DNA of 64,000 bases from Malacoraja senta (GCA_038087875.1 CM075986.1:7874001-7938000); one strand, 5' to 3'. Positions 12,601 to 27,600 are shown, counted from the first letter of the stretch. Numbers and translations: made by a program. The notes: generated by a model not told the origin, from the sequence alone.

Positions 12601-15600
12601 CCCCTATTTATTCCACATCTCCATCTGCCTCTTCTTTAAGACATTCCTGAAATCTACCTCTGACCAAATGTAACTTAGCTTATCCTTATTACTCATATAC
12701 TCTATTTTAAATTTTATTAAATAAAGATCCTACAAAATACCTTGGGTTATTTTACTTTGTGAAGTGTTATAAATATATGTTGTGTTTTGCTGTCATCTTT
12801 TGTGTAAAAAAATAATCTGCTCTTCTGTTTTAAAGTTAAATACTGGCCTATATCGTTCCTCTGTTGATCAGATATTAATATATGTGTTTATTTGTTTTTC
12901 AGTTTATTCCGTTGATAGTGGAGATGTGTTGTAAACTGGTGGAGGAGAAGGGTTTGGAGTACACAGGGATCTATAGGGTACCAGGGAACAATGCCATGGT
13001 CTCCAGCCTGCAAGACCAACTGAATAAGGGAATGACTGATCTAAATACCTCAGAAGAAGTAAGCTTCCGGTTCTTCTACAAACTTATTGGCATCCCCTTC
13101 TCTGCAGTTGTATAGAGTCTGGTTTTGTAAGAAAGTTTCTGAAAGCCATCTGACTTATCAGTCTCCAAGAGTCAAGAGTATTTTATTGTCAGAAGTCCCA
13201 GATAGAACATGAAATTCGTATTTGCAGCAGCACAACAGAATATGTAAGCACAGTACACTGTAAATATAATAANNNNNNNNNNNNNNNNNNNNNNNNNNNN
13301 NNNNNNNNNNNNNNNNNNNNNNNNNNNNNNNNNNNNNNNNNNNNNNNNNNNNNNNNNNNNNNNNNNNNNNNNNNNNNNNNNNNNNNNNNNNNNNNNNNNN
13401 NNNNNNNNNNNNNNNNNNNNNNNNNNNNNNNNNNNNNNNNNNNNNNNNNNNNNNNNNNNNGAATATACATACAGTGCCCTCCATAATGTTTGGGACAAAG
13501 ACCCATCATTTATTTATTTGCCTCTGTACCCCACAATTTGAGATTTGTTATAGAAAAAAATCACATGTGGTTAAAGTGCACATTGTCAGATTTTATTAAA
13601 GGCCATTTGTATACATTTTGGTTTCACCATGTAGAAATTACAGTTGTGTTTATACATAGTCCCCCCATTTCAGGGCACCATAATGTTTGGGGCACACGGC
13701 TTCACAGATGTTTGTCATTGCTCAGGTGTGTTTAATTGCCTCCTTAATGCAGGTATAAGAGAGCTCTCAGCACCTAGTCTTTCCTCCAGACTTTCCATCA
13801 CCTTTGGAAACTTTTATTGCTGTTTATCAACATGAGGACCAAAGTTGTGCCAATGAAAGTCAAATAAGCCATTATGAGACTGAGAAACAAGAATAAAAAC
13901 GTGAGAGACATCAGCCAAACCTTAGGCTTACCAAAATCAACTGTTTGTAACATCATTAAGAAGAAAGAGAGCACTGGTGAGCTTACTAATTGCAAAGGGA
14001 CTGGCAGGCCAAGGAAGACCTCCACAGCTGATGACAAAAGAATTCTCTCTATAATAAAGAAAAATCCCCAAACCTGTCTGACAGATCAGAAACACTCTTC
14101 AGGAGTCAGGTATGGATTTATCAATGACCACTCTCTGTAGATGACTGCATGAACAGAAATACAGAGGCTACACTGCAAGATGCAAACCACTGGTTAACTG
14201 CAAAAATAGGATGGCCATGTTACAGTTTGCTAAGTGCTCAAAAGAGCAACCGCAGTTCTGGAAAAAGGTCTTGTGGACAGTTGAGACGAAGATTAACTCA
14301 TATCATAGTGATGGCAAGAGCAAAGTATGGAGGAGAGAAGGAACTGCCCGGAGATCCAAAGCATATCACCTCATCTGTGAAACACGGTGGTGGGGTTGTT
14401 ATGGCCTGGGCATGTATAGCTGCTGAAGGTACTGGCTCACTTATCTTCATTGATGATACAACTGCTGATGGTAGTAGCATAATGAATTCTGAAGTGTATA
14501 GACACATCCTATCTGCTCAAGTTCAAACAAATGCCTCAAAACTCATTGGCCGGCGGTTCATTCCACAGCAAGACAATGATCCCAAACATACTGCTAAAGC
14601 AACAAGGGAACAAAGCAACAAAGCTAAAAAATGGTAAAATCTTGAGTGGCCAAGTCAATCACCCGATCTGAACCCAATTGAGCATGCCTTATATGCTGAA
14701 GAGAAAACTGAAGGGGACTAGCCCCCAAAACAAGCATAAGCTACAGATGGCTGCAATACAGGCCTGGCAGAGCATCACCAGAAAAGACACCGAGCAACTG
14801 GTGATATCCATGAATCGCAGACTTCAAGCAGCCGTTGCATGCAAAGGATATGTAACGAAATACTAAACATGACTACTTTCATTTACATGACATTGCTGTG
14901 TCCCAAACATTATGGTGCCTTGAAATGGGGGGGACAATATATATATAAACACTGCTGTAATTTCTACATGGTGAAACCAAAATGTGTAAAAATGGCCTTT
15001 ATTAAAATCTGACAATGTGCACTTTAACCACATGTGATTTTTTTCTAATACAAATCTCCAATTGTGTACATAGGCAAAAAAATAAATGATGGGTCTTTGT
15101 CCCAAACATTATCGAGGGCACTGTATATACACACGTGTTGAATATGCACACACTCACAAACAATAATAGTGATCCAGCACCAATTTTTAGTCAATGAGAA
15201 CAACATTTTTGTGCTATTCATTAATGGCTTATAAGAGACTTTGGTTTTGATCCAATGCCTCAGAGACATCGTTCATCCTTTGCCCCAGGTCTCTGATACA
15301 GAGTTCATGATTCATCGAACAATGGTTAACTGTAGGGGTCTGTATGGACATGGTGTTCTCTGTGATGATTTATGATGGCTATTTATATTAGATCATGTTG
15401 TCTTCGCAGAAATGGCAGGACCTGAATGTGATCAGCAGTTTGCTTAAACTATTTTTTCGAAAGCTTCCTCAGCCTCTCTTTACAGATGGTGAGTAAAATA
15501 TCTTAATTATCAATTGATGCAGTGTGAAAAAAGTGAATCACGTGTAATGTGGTGACATTTATATCATTAGATTAAATCAATTGTGAAAAATCATAAACTT

Positions 15601-18600
15601 CCATTTAGAAGCGTTTATAAAATGATCATTGAAAATGGCCCTTCGGTCCACAATGTCTGTGCAAAACATAATGGCAAGATAAACTTTTATCTCACTGCAT
15701 CTCTACATTTCCTGCATATACATGTGCTTATCCAAAAGTCTCTTAAATGCCATTATCATATCTGCATCCACCACCATCCCTGGCAGCACATTCCAAGCAC
15801 TCACCACCCTCGGTGTATTAAAAAAAACTTGCCCCACGCAACCCCTTTAAAGTTTATCCCTTTCCCCTTAAAGCTAAAAGTTGACAAATCTTTAAATTTA
15901 TTGGTGCCTTTTCACACTCAAGCAGTGTCAAAGTGCCTCATATACAAAGGTGATTCAGAACTGCTAATGCAGACTTAGATGAAATAGCATTTGATGAATT
16001 ACTAATTAATGTTTTATTGCTGATTCTGACTCAGGATATATATCTAACTTCCCTTTCCCAACTCTTTGATATTCGTATAATTTACTTCCACTTAGGTTTA
16101 TATGGATTTTGCAATGTCTGATGCCAGCTTCATTAGACATGGCAAACCCCATATAAAGCTATGGGTACACAAGTTTTTGTGGAAACTGCAAACTCTTCCA
16201 TGAATAAGACAGAAGGTTCTTAAGTATTTTGATAATTTCCTGCTTTAATTTATCTTCTCCACTCACTATTGTCTCTGGATTCCTTGAAACCCTCAGGAAT
16301 CATCCCCCCCCCCCCCCCCCCCCGCCTATATCTCCCATTTATAAGCCGCTCGTCAGTGACATTCAAAACCTAGTCAAATTCCACTTACATTGATGACACT
16401 GTATTCTAGATCACCACCAACACTTTTAACCTCTTCAAAGTTTCTGTGTAATCAAATACTTTGTTTAACAATTAGTTCTTTAATTAGACTTTAGCAAACA
16501 TAAAGCTATCACCTTTGGTCCCCGTTACAAATTTTGTTCTGCATCTATTCATTTTGGTCACAGCCCAGCTATTTGTTCAGGCAAACTACCCTGTTTCCAA
16601 CCTTGAAGTTTTATTTGATATTGACCTGAGATTTCAACTTTAGAATCTCTGTTTCAATGAAGCTGGCTAACGTCTACCACAGGCTAACATGTATATTATT
16701 GCCTTCTGTGCCTTACAGATAAATACAATGATTTCATCGAAGCTAACAGATTGGAAGATGCAGCGGAAAGACTTCAAACATTTAAGAAACTGGTAAATTG
16801 TACTAGATAATATATCTAATACCCTGAATATATTGCAACTTCAAATAATCACTTTTGCATTCTCATTTCATGACAAATTGATATTATCAATGTCTATTGA
16901 AAATGAATTTAAAAGAAAAGCTTGTTTCCTCTGGCTTCTTTAAATCCATCCTCAACGTTCTTTGCCTCTAGGTGAATATTCCACTTTCTGTTCTTTCTAC
17001 AAAACTTATTTCTGTGATAATTTTAATGAATCTCTTACAGTATTAATTTCAAAAACCTAAATTTCCAGTGCTTTATAAAGTTTGCTTTTAAGAAAGGCGG
17101 GAGAGAGAAAACGGGGAATTGTAGACCAATTAGCCTGACATCGGTGGTGGGGAAGATGCTGGAGTCAATTATAAAAGATGAGATAGCCGCACATTTGGAT
17201 AGCAGTAACAGGATCGGTCCGAGTCAGCATGGATTTATGAAGGGGAAATCATGCTTGACTAATCTTCTGGAATTTTTTGAAGATGTAACTAGGAAAATGG
17301 ACAAGGGAGAGCCAGTGGATGTAGTGTACCTGGACTTTCAGAAAGTATTTGATAAGGTCCCACATAGGAAATTAGTGGGCAAAATTAGGGCACATGGTAT
17401 TGGGGGTAGAGTGCTGACATGGATAGAGAAGTGGTTGGCAGACAGGAAACAAATAGTAGGGATTAACGGGTCCCTTTCAGAATGGCAGGCAGTGACTAGT
17501 GGGGTACCGCAAGGCTCGGTGATGGGACCGCAGCTATTTACAATATACATCAATGATTTGGATGAAGGGATTCAAAGTAACATTAGCAAATTTGCAGATG
17601 ACACAGAGCTGGGTGGCAGTGTGAACTGTGAGGAGGATACTATGAGAATGCAGGGTGACTTGGACAGGTTGGGGGAGTGGGAAGATGCATAGCAGATGAT
17701 GTTTAATGCAGATAAATGTGAGGTTATCCAATTTGGTAGCAAAAACAGGAAGGCAGATTACTATCTAAATGGCATCAAGTTGGGAAAAGGGGAAGTACAA
17801 CGGGATCTGGGGGTCCTTGTACATCAGTCTATGAAAGTAAGCATGCAGGTACAGCAGGCAGTGAAGAAAGCGAATGGCCCCCTAATTTGAGGAAGGACAT
17901 TCTTGCTATTGAGGGAGTGCAGCGTAGGTTTACAAGGTTAATTCCCGGGATGGCGGGACTGTCATATGCTGAGAGAATGGAGCAGCTGGGCTTGTACACT
18001 CTGGAGTTTAGAAGGATGATATGTTTCTCATTGAAACATATGATATTGTTAAGGGCTTGGACACGCTAGAGGCAGGAAACATGTTCCCGATGTTGGGGGA
18101 GTCCAGAACCAGGGGCCACAGTTTAAGAATTAGGAGTAAGCCATTTAGAACGGAGACGAGGAAACAATTTTTCTCACAGAGAGTGGTGAGTCTGTGGAAT
18201 TCTCTGACTCAGAGGGCAGTGGAAGCAGGTTCTCTGGATACTTTCAAGAGAGAGCTAGATAGGACTCTTAAAAATAGCAGTGTCGGGATATGGGGTGAAG
18301 GCAGGAACGGGGTACTGATTGGGGATGATCAGCCATGATCACATTGAATGGCGGTGCTGGCTCGAAGGGCCAAATGGCCTACTCCTGCACCTATTGTCTA
18401 TTGCCTTTTTTTAACCCATCAATCTATCAAAATTCACGTGAACACCCTGTACTCACTTTTCTTGTACCTCTTTAACATTGCAACATTTAATTTAACCCTA
18501 ATTCTGCTTCTGCCACTTCTTGCTTCCAAAATGCATCACTTCAAACTTTGGGAATACTTGCCTTCTGCCATGCGTCTTCCTAATTTCACCAGTCTATGTC

Positions 18601-21600
18601 CAGCTGATTTGTATTACATTGGTCCTCGCTATTTACAACATTAAACACATTTACAGGTTTCTATCATCTATAACTTTGAAATTGTGCTCTCTACATCCAA
18701 GGGATTAAAGTATGTTCAAAAATGCAATAATCTCACTGTTTCTTGTCATCTGAAAAATGATCATTCACAAAAGGCCGCTGTCAGGTTATGCCTATATAAA
18801 AGATTAGGCTGAAACTGTGCTGTTTAATATTTAAATGTAATTTCTGTAACATTGGAAATTATAGTAAATTAACATGAATGCTCAATTCTATGCTAATATA
18901 TCCTGCATTTTTTCAGCTTTGGAATTTACCAGAATATTATTTTGAAACCCTGAAGTTTCTCACGGGTCACCTGAAGACTGTGGCAGATCACTCTGAAAAG
19001 AACAAGGTGCTCTACACTTTCAACCAATAATTTTAATCCTATGTTGATGACCAGCTACTAAAAATAAAATGTCTCTCTCTGCAGTTTTTCCCACATAAAA
19101 TTATTAAATCCAATATAAATGCATCTTGAGTTGCAAAGCTGTTAAATAGAAAACAACGTTGTTAAAAATGTGTATTAGAAGAAGCTTTGAAAAGAAAAAG
19201 AAGAAATAGGAAAGTTAGATTTTTGGACTGAGTTCCATATTCTGCCTTTGAACCTATGATGGACATTCCACCCCGGTCATTCCTTCTCCCTGCTCCCATC
19301 AGGCAAAAGATGCAGAAGCTTGAAAGTGAGCATCACCAGATTCTAGAACAGCTTCTTCCCCTCTTTATCTGGCTTATGAACAGTCCTTTCATAAGCTAGG
19401 GTACATTTAACTTTACGTCCATTGTAGACATTGGACTTTGTCCATGGAACTGATGCATTACAATGCTGAGAACCATATTCTGCACTTTGTATCATATCAT
19501 TTGCTCCATCCAATGTACTTGAGTTTGATGTGATTGTATTTATGTATAGTATTATCCAATCTAATTGGATAGCAATCGAAACAAAGCTTTTCACTGTACC
19601 TCGGTACACAGAGCAATAAAAAACCTAAAGTTACAGGTTGCAACGCGGAAAAGCAGAGGGTATGAAAATAGAGGACACTGAGTTTGGAATGGGCAGGATT
19701 TTTGAAACAAAGTGTAAATAATGGAAAGGATTTTGAATTCTGTGCATTGGATGAGACATGCAGTTTATTATCAACCCAAGTCTACTTGGATCAATATGTG
19801 GGGTAAATATCCTTGAGACACAATATCACACTTCCAGAGTTTAAACTGAGTGTATGAGTATACAGATCGGAAATAGAGCTGAATTCATCAACACGTCCCT
19901 ATTTGGAAACACTGACATTTGATTCTTTCAGTGTTTTGAATTGATTTAACTTGAAAGATACACAATGGAAACTGGCCCTTTGGACCATTGATCACCCATT
20001 CACACTAGTTATCCCACATTCGCATCCACTCCCTACTCACTAGGGACAATTAACCTACCAACCTGCACGTCTCTGGGATGTGAGAGGAAACCGGAACAAG
20101 CGGAGGAAACTGTTGCAGTCAACGAAAAAACGTGAAAACTCCACACAGACAGCACCCGAGGTCAGGTTAGAACCCAGGTCTCTGGCTCTGTAGGCAGCAG
20201 CTCTATTTTGCAATTGAACACCTTTTCTTTCCTGCAGTGAAACACAGCAGCAATAACTTATAGGATGTTTAACACTCCAGAAATTTGAGCAAATATGAAT
20301 TCTCTTTGCACTTTCCTGGCCTGATGTGCATGGTTTGACATGGTTCCCAACGTAGTACTCCTACTATAGCATTGTGGGAGAATTTGGACTAACTTGGAGT
20401 GGGAAAAGGAAACAATTCTATAGCTATGTGGAAAGTGTCAAGGAATGAAACTAATTGTGTAAAACCTCAGAGCCAACTTAGGCAAGATGAACTGAATAGT
20501 CTTTTCCTCTGCCTTTTCATTGTGAGGGACATCTGTGTCCATGCTCAGCATCATGAATTGGATTTAGGGGAACTTTTTGTAATGAATATTTTTCAAGAAT
20601 CAAGAGTGTTTAATTGTCATATTTACTGACAATAGAACAATGGAATTCTCATTTGCAGCAGTTAATATGTAATAAATAAATATTCAATAAATGAATAAGA
20701 TCAATACTAATGCAGAAAAAACCCAAAGTCCTTAATGCAAACAAAGATAGTTCACAGTTGAGGTTAGTGTTCAAGAGCCTGAGTTGTTGTAAATAAGCTA
20801 TTCTTGAACCTAGTGGTCACTGTTTTCAGAATTCTATACCTTCTTCCCGATGGTAGGAGTAAAATTATCTGTTATTAACTTTACCAATTCATTTACTCAT
20901 CACCGACGATTGCTCCTAATATGAATTTGTTTCCCAGTCTGACGTGGCCTTTTGTTTTCTCCCTCATAGATGGAACCGCGGAATCTGGCACTGGTGTTTG
21001 GCCCAACACTTGTGAGAACATCAGAGGACAAAATGATTGACATGGTGACACACATGCAAGATCGGTACAAAATCATTGAAACATTAATACAACATGTACG
21101 TTTAAAACTTTTTCTTACGACTGAATAACTGAATGATTTATTGAGAAGAATCAAATCATTCCAAATGCTACAGTTTCTGAAATGGTTCCTGGAGATTGGA
21201 AGGTTGTTATGGTTCCTGGAATGGCAGGTTTACCATCTGTAGTGAGATTGGCACAGCTCAAATTCTCCAGAATTTAATAGAAAGAGAGGCGATGCAGTTG
21301 AAACTTGCAGATGGATTGTTTCCCTTGGCTAACAAATCCAGTTACAGGGAAACAAAACTTTGAATAAGTGATAGGCCAGAGATCAGAAGAGAGATGAGGA
21401 GAAATAATAATAATAATACATTTTATTTATATAGCGCTTTTCAAGGACTCAAAGTCGCTTTACATTGAGAGTAAAAAAAACCAACAACAAAAAACAAAAT
21501 AGAGCAGTAAGACAGAGATGCAAAGGGGAGGGGGACATGGGACTAAGGGTATGCAGAGGTGAAGAGATGGGTGAGGCGGGACTGGAAGATGGAGAAATGT

Positions 21601-24600
21601 ATTCACTCAGAGGGTGGTGGTTCAGTCACTCATGCCATTCAAAAATAGCTGGAGATAAATCATCGGACAGACAAGTAATAAGAGGACAGTGCAGTAAAAT
21701 AGAGCTGAGGTGGAAGATCAGTGATAAGTTTGATGAATGACGGAGCAGGCTTGAGGGCCCGGTGCCCTACTCCTGCTCCTAGTGCTCTTGTCCTTATCCT
21801 GTTTTAAACTCAAAGGCTAACCTAGCACAGGAATAGATTGATGAAAGAGTCCAGTCATAGGAAAGAAACTAACAGAATCATGGAGCATCTGCTTAAGCAG
21901 GAGAATTCTGTGTTCAAGATACATAAATGAGAAAACATTTGTAACCTACTTATAAAGGACAAGCTCAGCAAGTCAGCAGCACCTGTGGAAAGAGAAACCT
22001 TCAATATTTGGGGTCCAAAGTTTCTAGCATTTTCCATTTTTGTTTCAGATTTCCACCATCTGCGTTTTTTTGACGCATATAAATTCAATGATTCAAGGAG
22101 CGAGTTTTGATGTGCTGAATGCTATTAATATCTAATCGAATCTATGGAGTTTTAGGCCTTTGAAACATTGAATTTTCATACAGTTAGTAATGAGCTTCAG
22201 CAATTTTTTTAATTTAACTAATTGACTGTAATGTGTCCTGCATTTGAATAATTTCTCAGAGTTTTATCATTACCAATATCGAGACAGTGCATTACTATTT
22301 AGCACCAACCCTCCAGTATTGTAGCTATTGATATAATTTGTATTATTCAAGATTATAGTACTATGGCTACAATTGTAGATGGGCCAACTGTCTGAGATAA
22401 CTTTCTAATTTGTATCGGAACCTAAAAAGGACAAGCATTGGATAAGACTATTCTAATAGAAAACTAGAAAAAGATGGAATTTCTCAGAAGGTCAGGCTGC
22501 ATCTGTGGGAACAGAAACAGTTAATATTTCAGATCAAAGATGTGGCCTGACCTGAGTCTTTTCAACATCTTCTGTTTTTCTTTTAGATTTTCAGTATTGG
22601 TAGTTTTTTTTAAATTTCCGCTAGCAAGACTGCTTCCCCTTTACCATAAACTGGTGGGATGATTTGTAGTTGGCAGCATGTCGCTGTGTCCTGTTAGTAA
22701 TCCCTCATCCTTGTAAATCACTATAGGATGAATCTCTATATTTATAGTGCTTTCAAACTGTACCATTTATAGTGCTTTCAGTCGGTACCAACAGATTATT
22801 AGGATAACTTCTGAAACCCATTTGCTTTTTTTTTAGTATGACTGGTTTTTCAATGAAGATCGGGACATGGATGGGAAAGTAAGTAGCATTCTATGTAACT
22901 TGAAGGCTTTAGATCAAATCAAAATAATTGTAGGAATTATTTACTGCAGGAATAATTCTTACAAAAAATTCTCTCACAGACTGCTGTAGGAAATAATTAT
23001 TTTTCTTAATAAATGGAGCATTAAGAAAATAAGTGATGTAATTCCTAATCTAAAAGAGAAACGGGTATTAGCAATGATAGTTTTGATGAAAATGGTTTGA
23101 ACAGCTCCATGCAAGAACCCAAGAAACCTAAAATTATTGAAGAGAACAGAAAAAAAAAGTAAAAATCAACGGTTGCAGTTTGGAGCGGTACAGTGGTGCA
23201 GTGGTAGAGTTGCAGCCTTGCAGCGCCAATTGACCCCCTTGGTGGTAGAAGTTGTGGGTTTGTGGAGTGTCATTTGATTACCCTGACAAATGACGGCAAT
23301 GCATTATGTATACGGCACCCATTGTAGCCACCATGTACTGATGATGGAGAAATTAATACTTAGGGTGGTGATAGGGCTTTGAGTAAGTGGGTTGATAACA
23401 ATTCAAAACTTTTTTTTACCTTGCAGTGTTCCAATGTCATAATGTTTTAAATCAATTTCTATTACACCCTGCTTTTAAGATTATGTTTTGTTTTTTTAAT
23501 GATTTAAATCCTTTTGAACTGATAGATTGTGCTAATCAAATACAATTTCTTTGATAGCAACAAGCTACTGAAAGGTCAAGGAACAGGACCCTGGGCCACA
23601 ATGTCACTGGTGGGCCACTTGCCTTGCAGACCTGTTAAAGCAGTGAGACGGAGCGTGCATTTAACCCCTCCGGCCACAAAATGTGTCCGGGCATAGAAAT
23701 AGCAGAAACACCAAAAACAAAAAGTAGACAGGGAAGAAAGACAATAGACAATAGGTGCAGGAGTAGGCCCTTCGAGCCAGCACTGCCATTCAATGTGATC
23801 ATGGCTGATCATCCCCAATCAGTACCCCGTTCCTGCCTTCTCCCCATATCCCCTGTGTCTGCTATTTTTAAGAGCCCTATCTAGCTCTCTCTTGAAAGCA
23901 TCCAGAGAACCTGCCTCCGCCGCTCTCTGAGGCAGAGAATTCCACAGACTCACCACTCTCTGTGAGAAAAAGTGTTTCCTCGTCTCCGTTCTAAATGGCT
24001 TACTCCTTATTCTTAAACTGTGGCCCCTGGTTCTGGACTCCCCCAACATCGGGAACATGTTTCCTGCCTCTAGCGTGTCCAAGCCCTTAACAATCTTAAA
24101 TGTTTCAATGAGATCCCCTCTCATCCTTCTAAACTCCAGAGTGTACAAGCCCTGCTGCTCCATTCTCTCAGCATACGACAGTCCCGCCATCCTGGGAATT
24201 AACCTTGTAAACCTACTCCCTCAATAGCAAGAATGTTCTTCCTCAAATTAGGGGACCAAAACTGAACACAATACTCCAGGTGTGGTCTCACTAGGGCTCT
24301 GTACAACTGCAGAAGGACCTCTTTGCTCCTATATTCGATTCCTCTTGTTATAAAGGCCAACATGCCATTCGCTTTCTTCACTGCCTGCTGTACCTGCATG
24401 CTTACTTTCATAGACTGTACAAGGACCCCCAAATCTCGTTGTACTTCCCCTTTTCCCAACTTGACGCCATTTAGATAGTAATCTGCCTTCCTGTTTTTGC
24501 TACCAAAGTGGATAACCTCACATTTATCCGCATTAAACTTCATCTCCCATGCATCTGCCCACTCACCCAACCTGTCCAAGTCACCCTGCATCCTCCTCAC

Positions 24601-27600
24601 AGTTCACACTGCCACCCAGCTTTGTGTCATCTGCAAATTTGCTAATGTTACTTTGAATCCCTTCATCCAAATCATTGATGTATATTGTAAATAGCTGCGC
24701 TCCCAGCACCGAGCCTTGCGGTACCCCACTAGTCACTGCCTGCCATTCTGAAAGGGACCCGTTAATCCCTACTCTTTGTTTCCTGTCTGCCACATAGTTT
24801 TGACCCACATAGTCACCCAACACTTATGCTTAAATTTAATTTTTAAGGTGGAATTAATCTGCAGTTTCATAGTGAAGGATATTTTAGTGATAGAAAAATT
24901 GATCTTCAGGTAAATCCCTTCGTCCATATAAGGGATAAATATCATTGATCTCATGGAGAAATCTATAATTAGCTTGACTATTTTGAATAACCGAAGACAT
25001 CTGAATGCAAGCACCTTTATAAAAGAGGTGTGATGATTTGCAACTGATAAACAATTTTTAAAAACAATATTGAGATTTTAAAAATATGCTTTTGAAATGT
25101 ATTTTGATGTTATAGGCTCCAGTTGACCATGGATGTAATACAGAGTTACACCCAGTGCCTAACATAGACCATCTCCTGTTAAACATTGGGAGAACTGGAG
25201 GAGCACCAGGGGATATCTCAGGTAACAAATACATCTCAATACTTTATAATGTTGGTTCTTCCAAACTGAGATAATATGTCAAACTGTAGAATAGTTAGCC
25301 CAGTTCCAGTTTTATTAGTTCCATACTATATTTTTCTAACTTATAGACAAAAACAAGAACCATAGGAAGCAATAGATCAGGCAGCAAAGAGAAAAATTTG
25401 GGGTCCGACCCTTCTTGATCTGCATGATTTCCACGACATGTATCCATGGTTATGCTGACTGACCCATCAGATTTATTCCCATTGTCCCATTTATCCCTCC
25501 TCCACCTTCTTTGCATCTTAAAATCAACGTTGTTTCTCTCTCCTGGATCTGTCAAAGGGTCTATGGATTGAAACATTAACTCTGTTTCTCATTCACAGAT
25601 GCTGATGATATGCCTGCTCAGCATCTTTTGTTTTCATTTTAGATTTCCGGCACCTGTTTTTTTCCATCTTTTTATTTGCTTTTATTTCTGGTTTTGATTG
25701 TTCTAATAGAGTTGCTGAATTTGAGATTGTCAGGTCAAAGTAACCTGTTGATGAATTATTAATAAACTATTGGCTTGAGTTCTTGAATGGGTTCTCGCTT
25801 ATTAGCACTGAATCATTTGCAAAATTCTCAAGTAGCTGCAGGAAATTCCATTGGCTTTTGGTCACACAAAACAATGTTCGCAACCAGGCACATTGTAGGC
25901 ATTTATTTTTATTCATGCCTGAGCTTATTATTTATCTTAAACTTAATGTTTATTTTGGCACATGATTTGGCATGCCATGATTTCATCCAAATGTCTGCAC
26001 CCAATTTGTAGTGAGACTTGCAGCCTTTGTACTCGTGTACAAAGTGCAAATCAAATGTCTCCTGAAATAGGAAAATGGGTTAGGCAATCATCAAAGTTCA
26101 TTTACCGATGCATGACCATAATTATCTGTAGAAACCTGGCAGGGATGAAGTGTCTTCTTTTTGGAACTGATCTGGGCAGTATTTCAGATGTTAGTGGCGA
26201 TGGATTGCATGGTTGCATAGAATTATCCTACTGTTTACAACTGATTGTTCAAAGTTCAGCTGAAAGTCACTCAATGACTTGGTATTTTGTCTCTGATAAA
26301 ATTACAATGGTTCTGCTGCTAGAGCCTCTCTATTTCACTTGTGAAGCAGGTTATTCCCTTTATCATGTTAACTTTATGAATAAAGTTATTCCCTTTATCA
26401 TGTATCTGTATACTGGATGGCATGATTGTAATCGAATATTGTCTTTCTGCTGACTGGTTAGCACGCAACAAAAGCTTTTAACTACCTCGGTACACGTGAC
26501 AATAAATTAAACTAAATGTATTGCCAGATGTAATAATCTGTAGAGCCTGGAAAGTCTCCGTATGTGATTTATAATCAAGTTGGCTGCTGGCCTAACTACC
26601 AGTGCTGGCTGAAGCAGCCAGGTTCAAATTCCAGCCTTGACTACCCTTTACAGCTGGATCTTCCAATCTTTATAGCCTGTGGAATGCTGCAGTGAGGTTT
26701 AGATGAAGCACCTAGCAAATGGGCAATCTGATCCTATAAAGAAGCTTAATATTCCAGATCTACATTCCTCTGTTATTTTAATTCAGGTTTTTAACTTATT
26801 TTCAATAAATGAGTCAATATCCAAGTCAAAATTGTGCAGAAAGGAAATCCAAATGAGCATGCGAAACATTCTTGTGTAGTGAAGACCAAGTAGAATTGTG
26901 CTTTTAGTTATTTTCAGCCACAGTAATATTACCTGGTTGAAGGATTCAGGTTACTGATGATGCACTTAAATGTTGACAACAAGAAAAATACAGTTCTGGA
27001 ATACACTGATCACGGCATGAAATATGATTCAAGGTAACAATGTTGCAGGTGTTCTATTATTTTACATTAAAGTGTGAGTGATTTTTAACGTTTGTTCATT
27101 TTAAATAATTGAAACCAATAATTTACATTTGCAGCAGATTCGGGTACGATGGCTACTGAACATTCAGGCTGTCCAGGGATGGGTTATGCATTGATCTGAA
27201 AATTGCATGAAAACAGGCACCTTTCTTTCTTTTGTGTGTGTGTGTTCTTTTGAGTTTTTATTAGATATGCTCTCCTAATATCTTTTACTGCTCGGCCTTT
27301 CCTATCACCATAACGCTCATTGTCACTGAGTGAAACAATGCACCAGTCATGGATTTATGAACACCCTTCACTGTTCTGACAAGCTGCAAGATTGGTTTAA
27401 TTGGAATACCTTGGCATGCAAATGGTTTAAACATTAACAACTTTGGACAGTGGCTGAAATTGGAACTGTTTTGCTAACAACGTGATCAAGAATTACTTCT
27501 GGCAATATTTAAAATTCAACTTCTGAGTAACAAACAAATCAATAGTTCTAAAGCTGTGAGCAGGCTAGTAACCATATGAACATTGTCCCTTTCCACTAAC

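Noticed and set aside
25962-26453. 163-aa intronic ORF
   Set aside because: No recognisable domain or splice context, and it ends in a LINE tail; likely chance.
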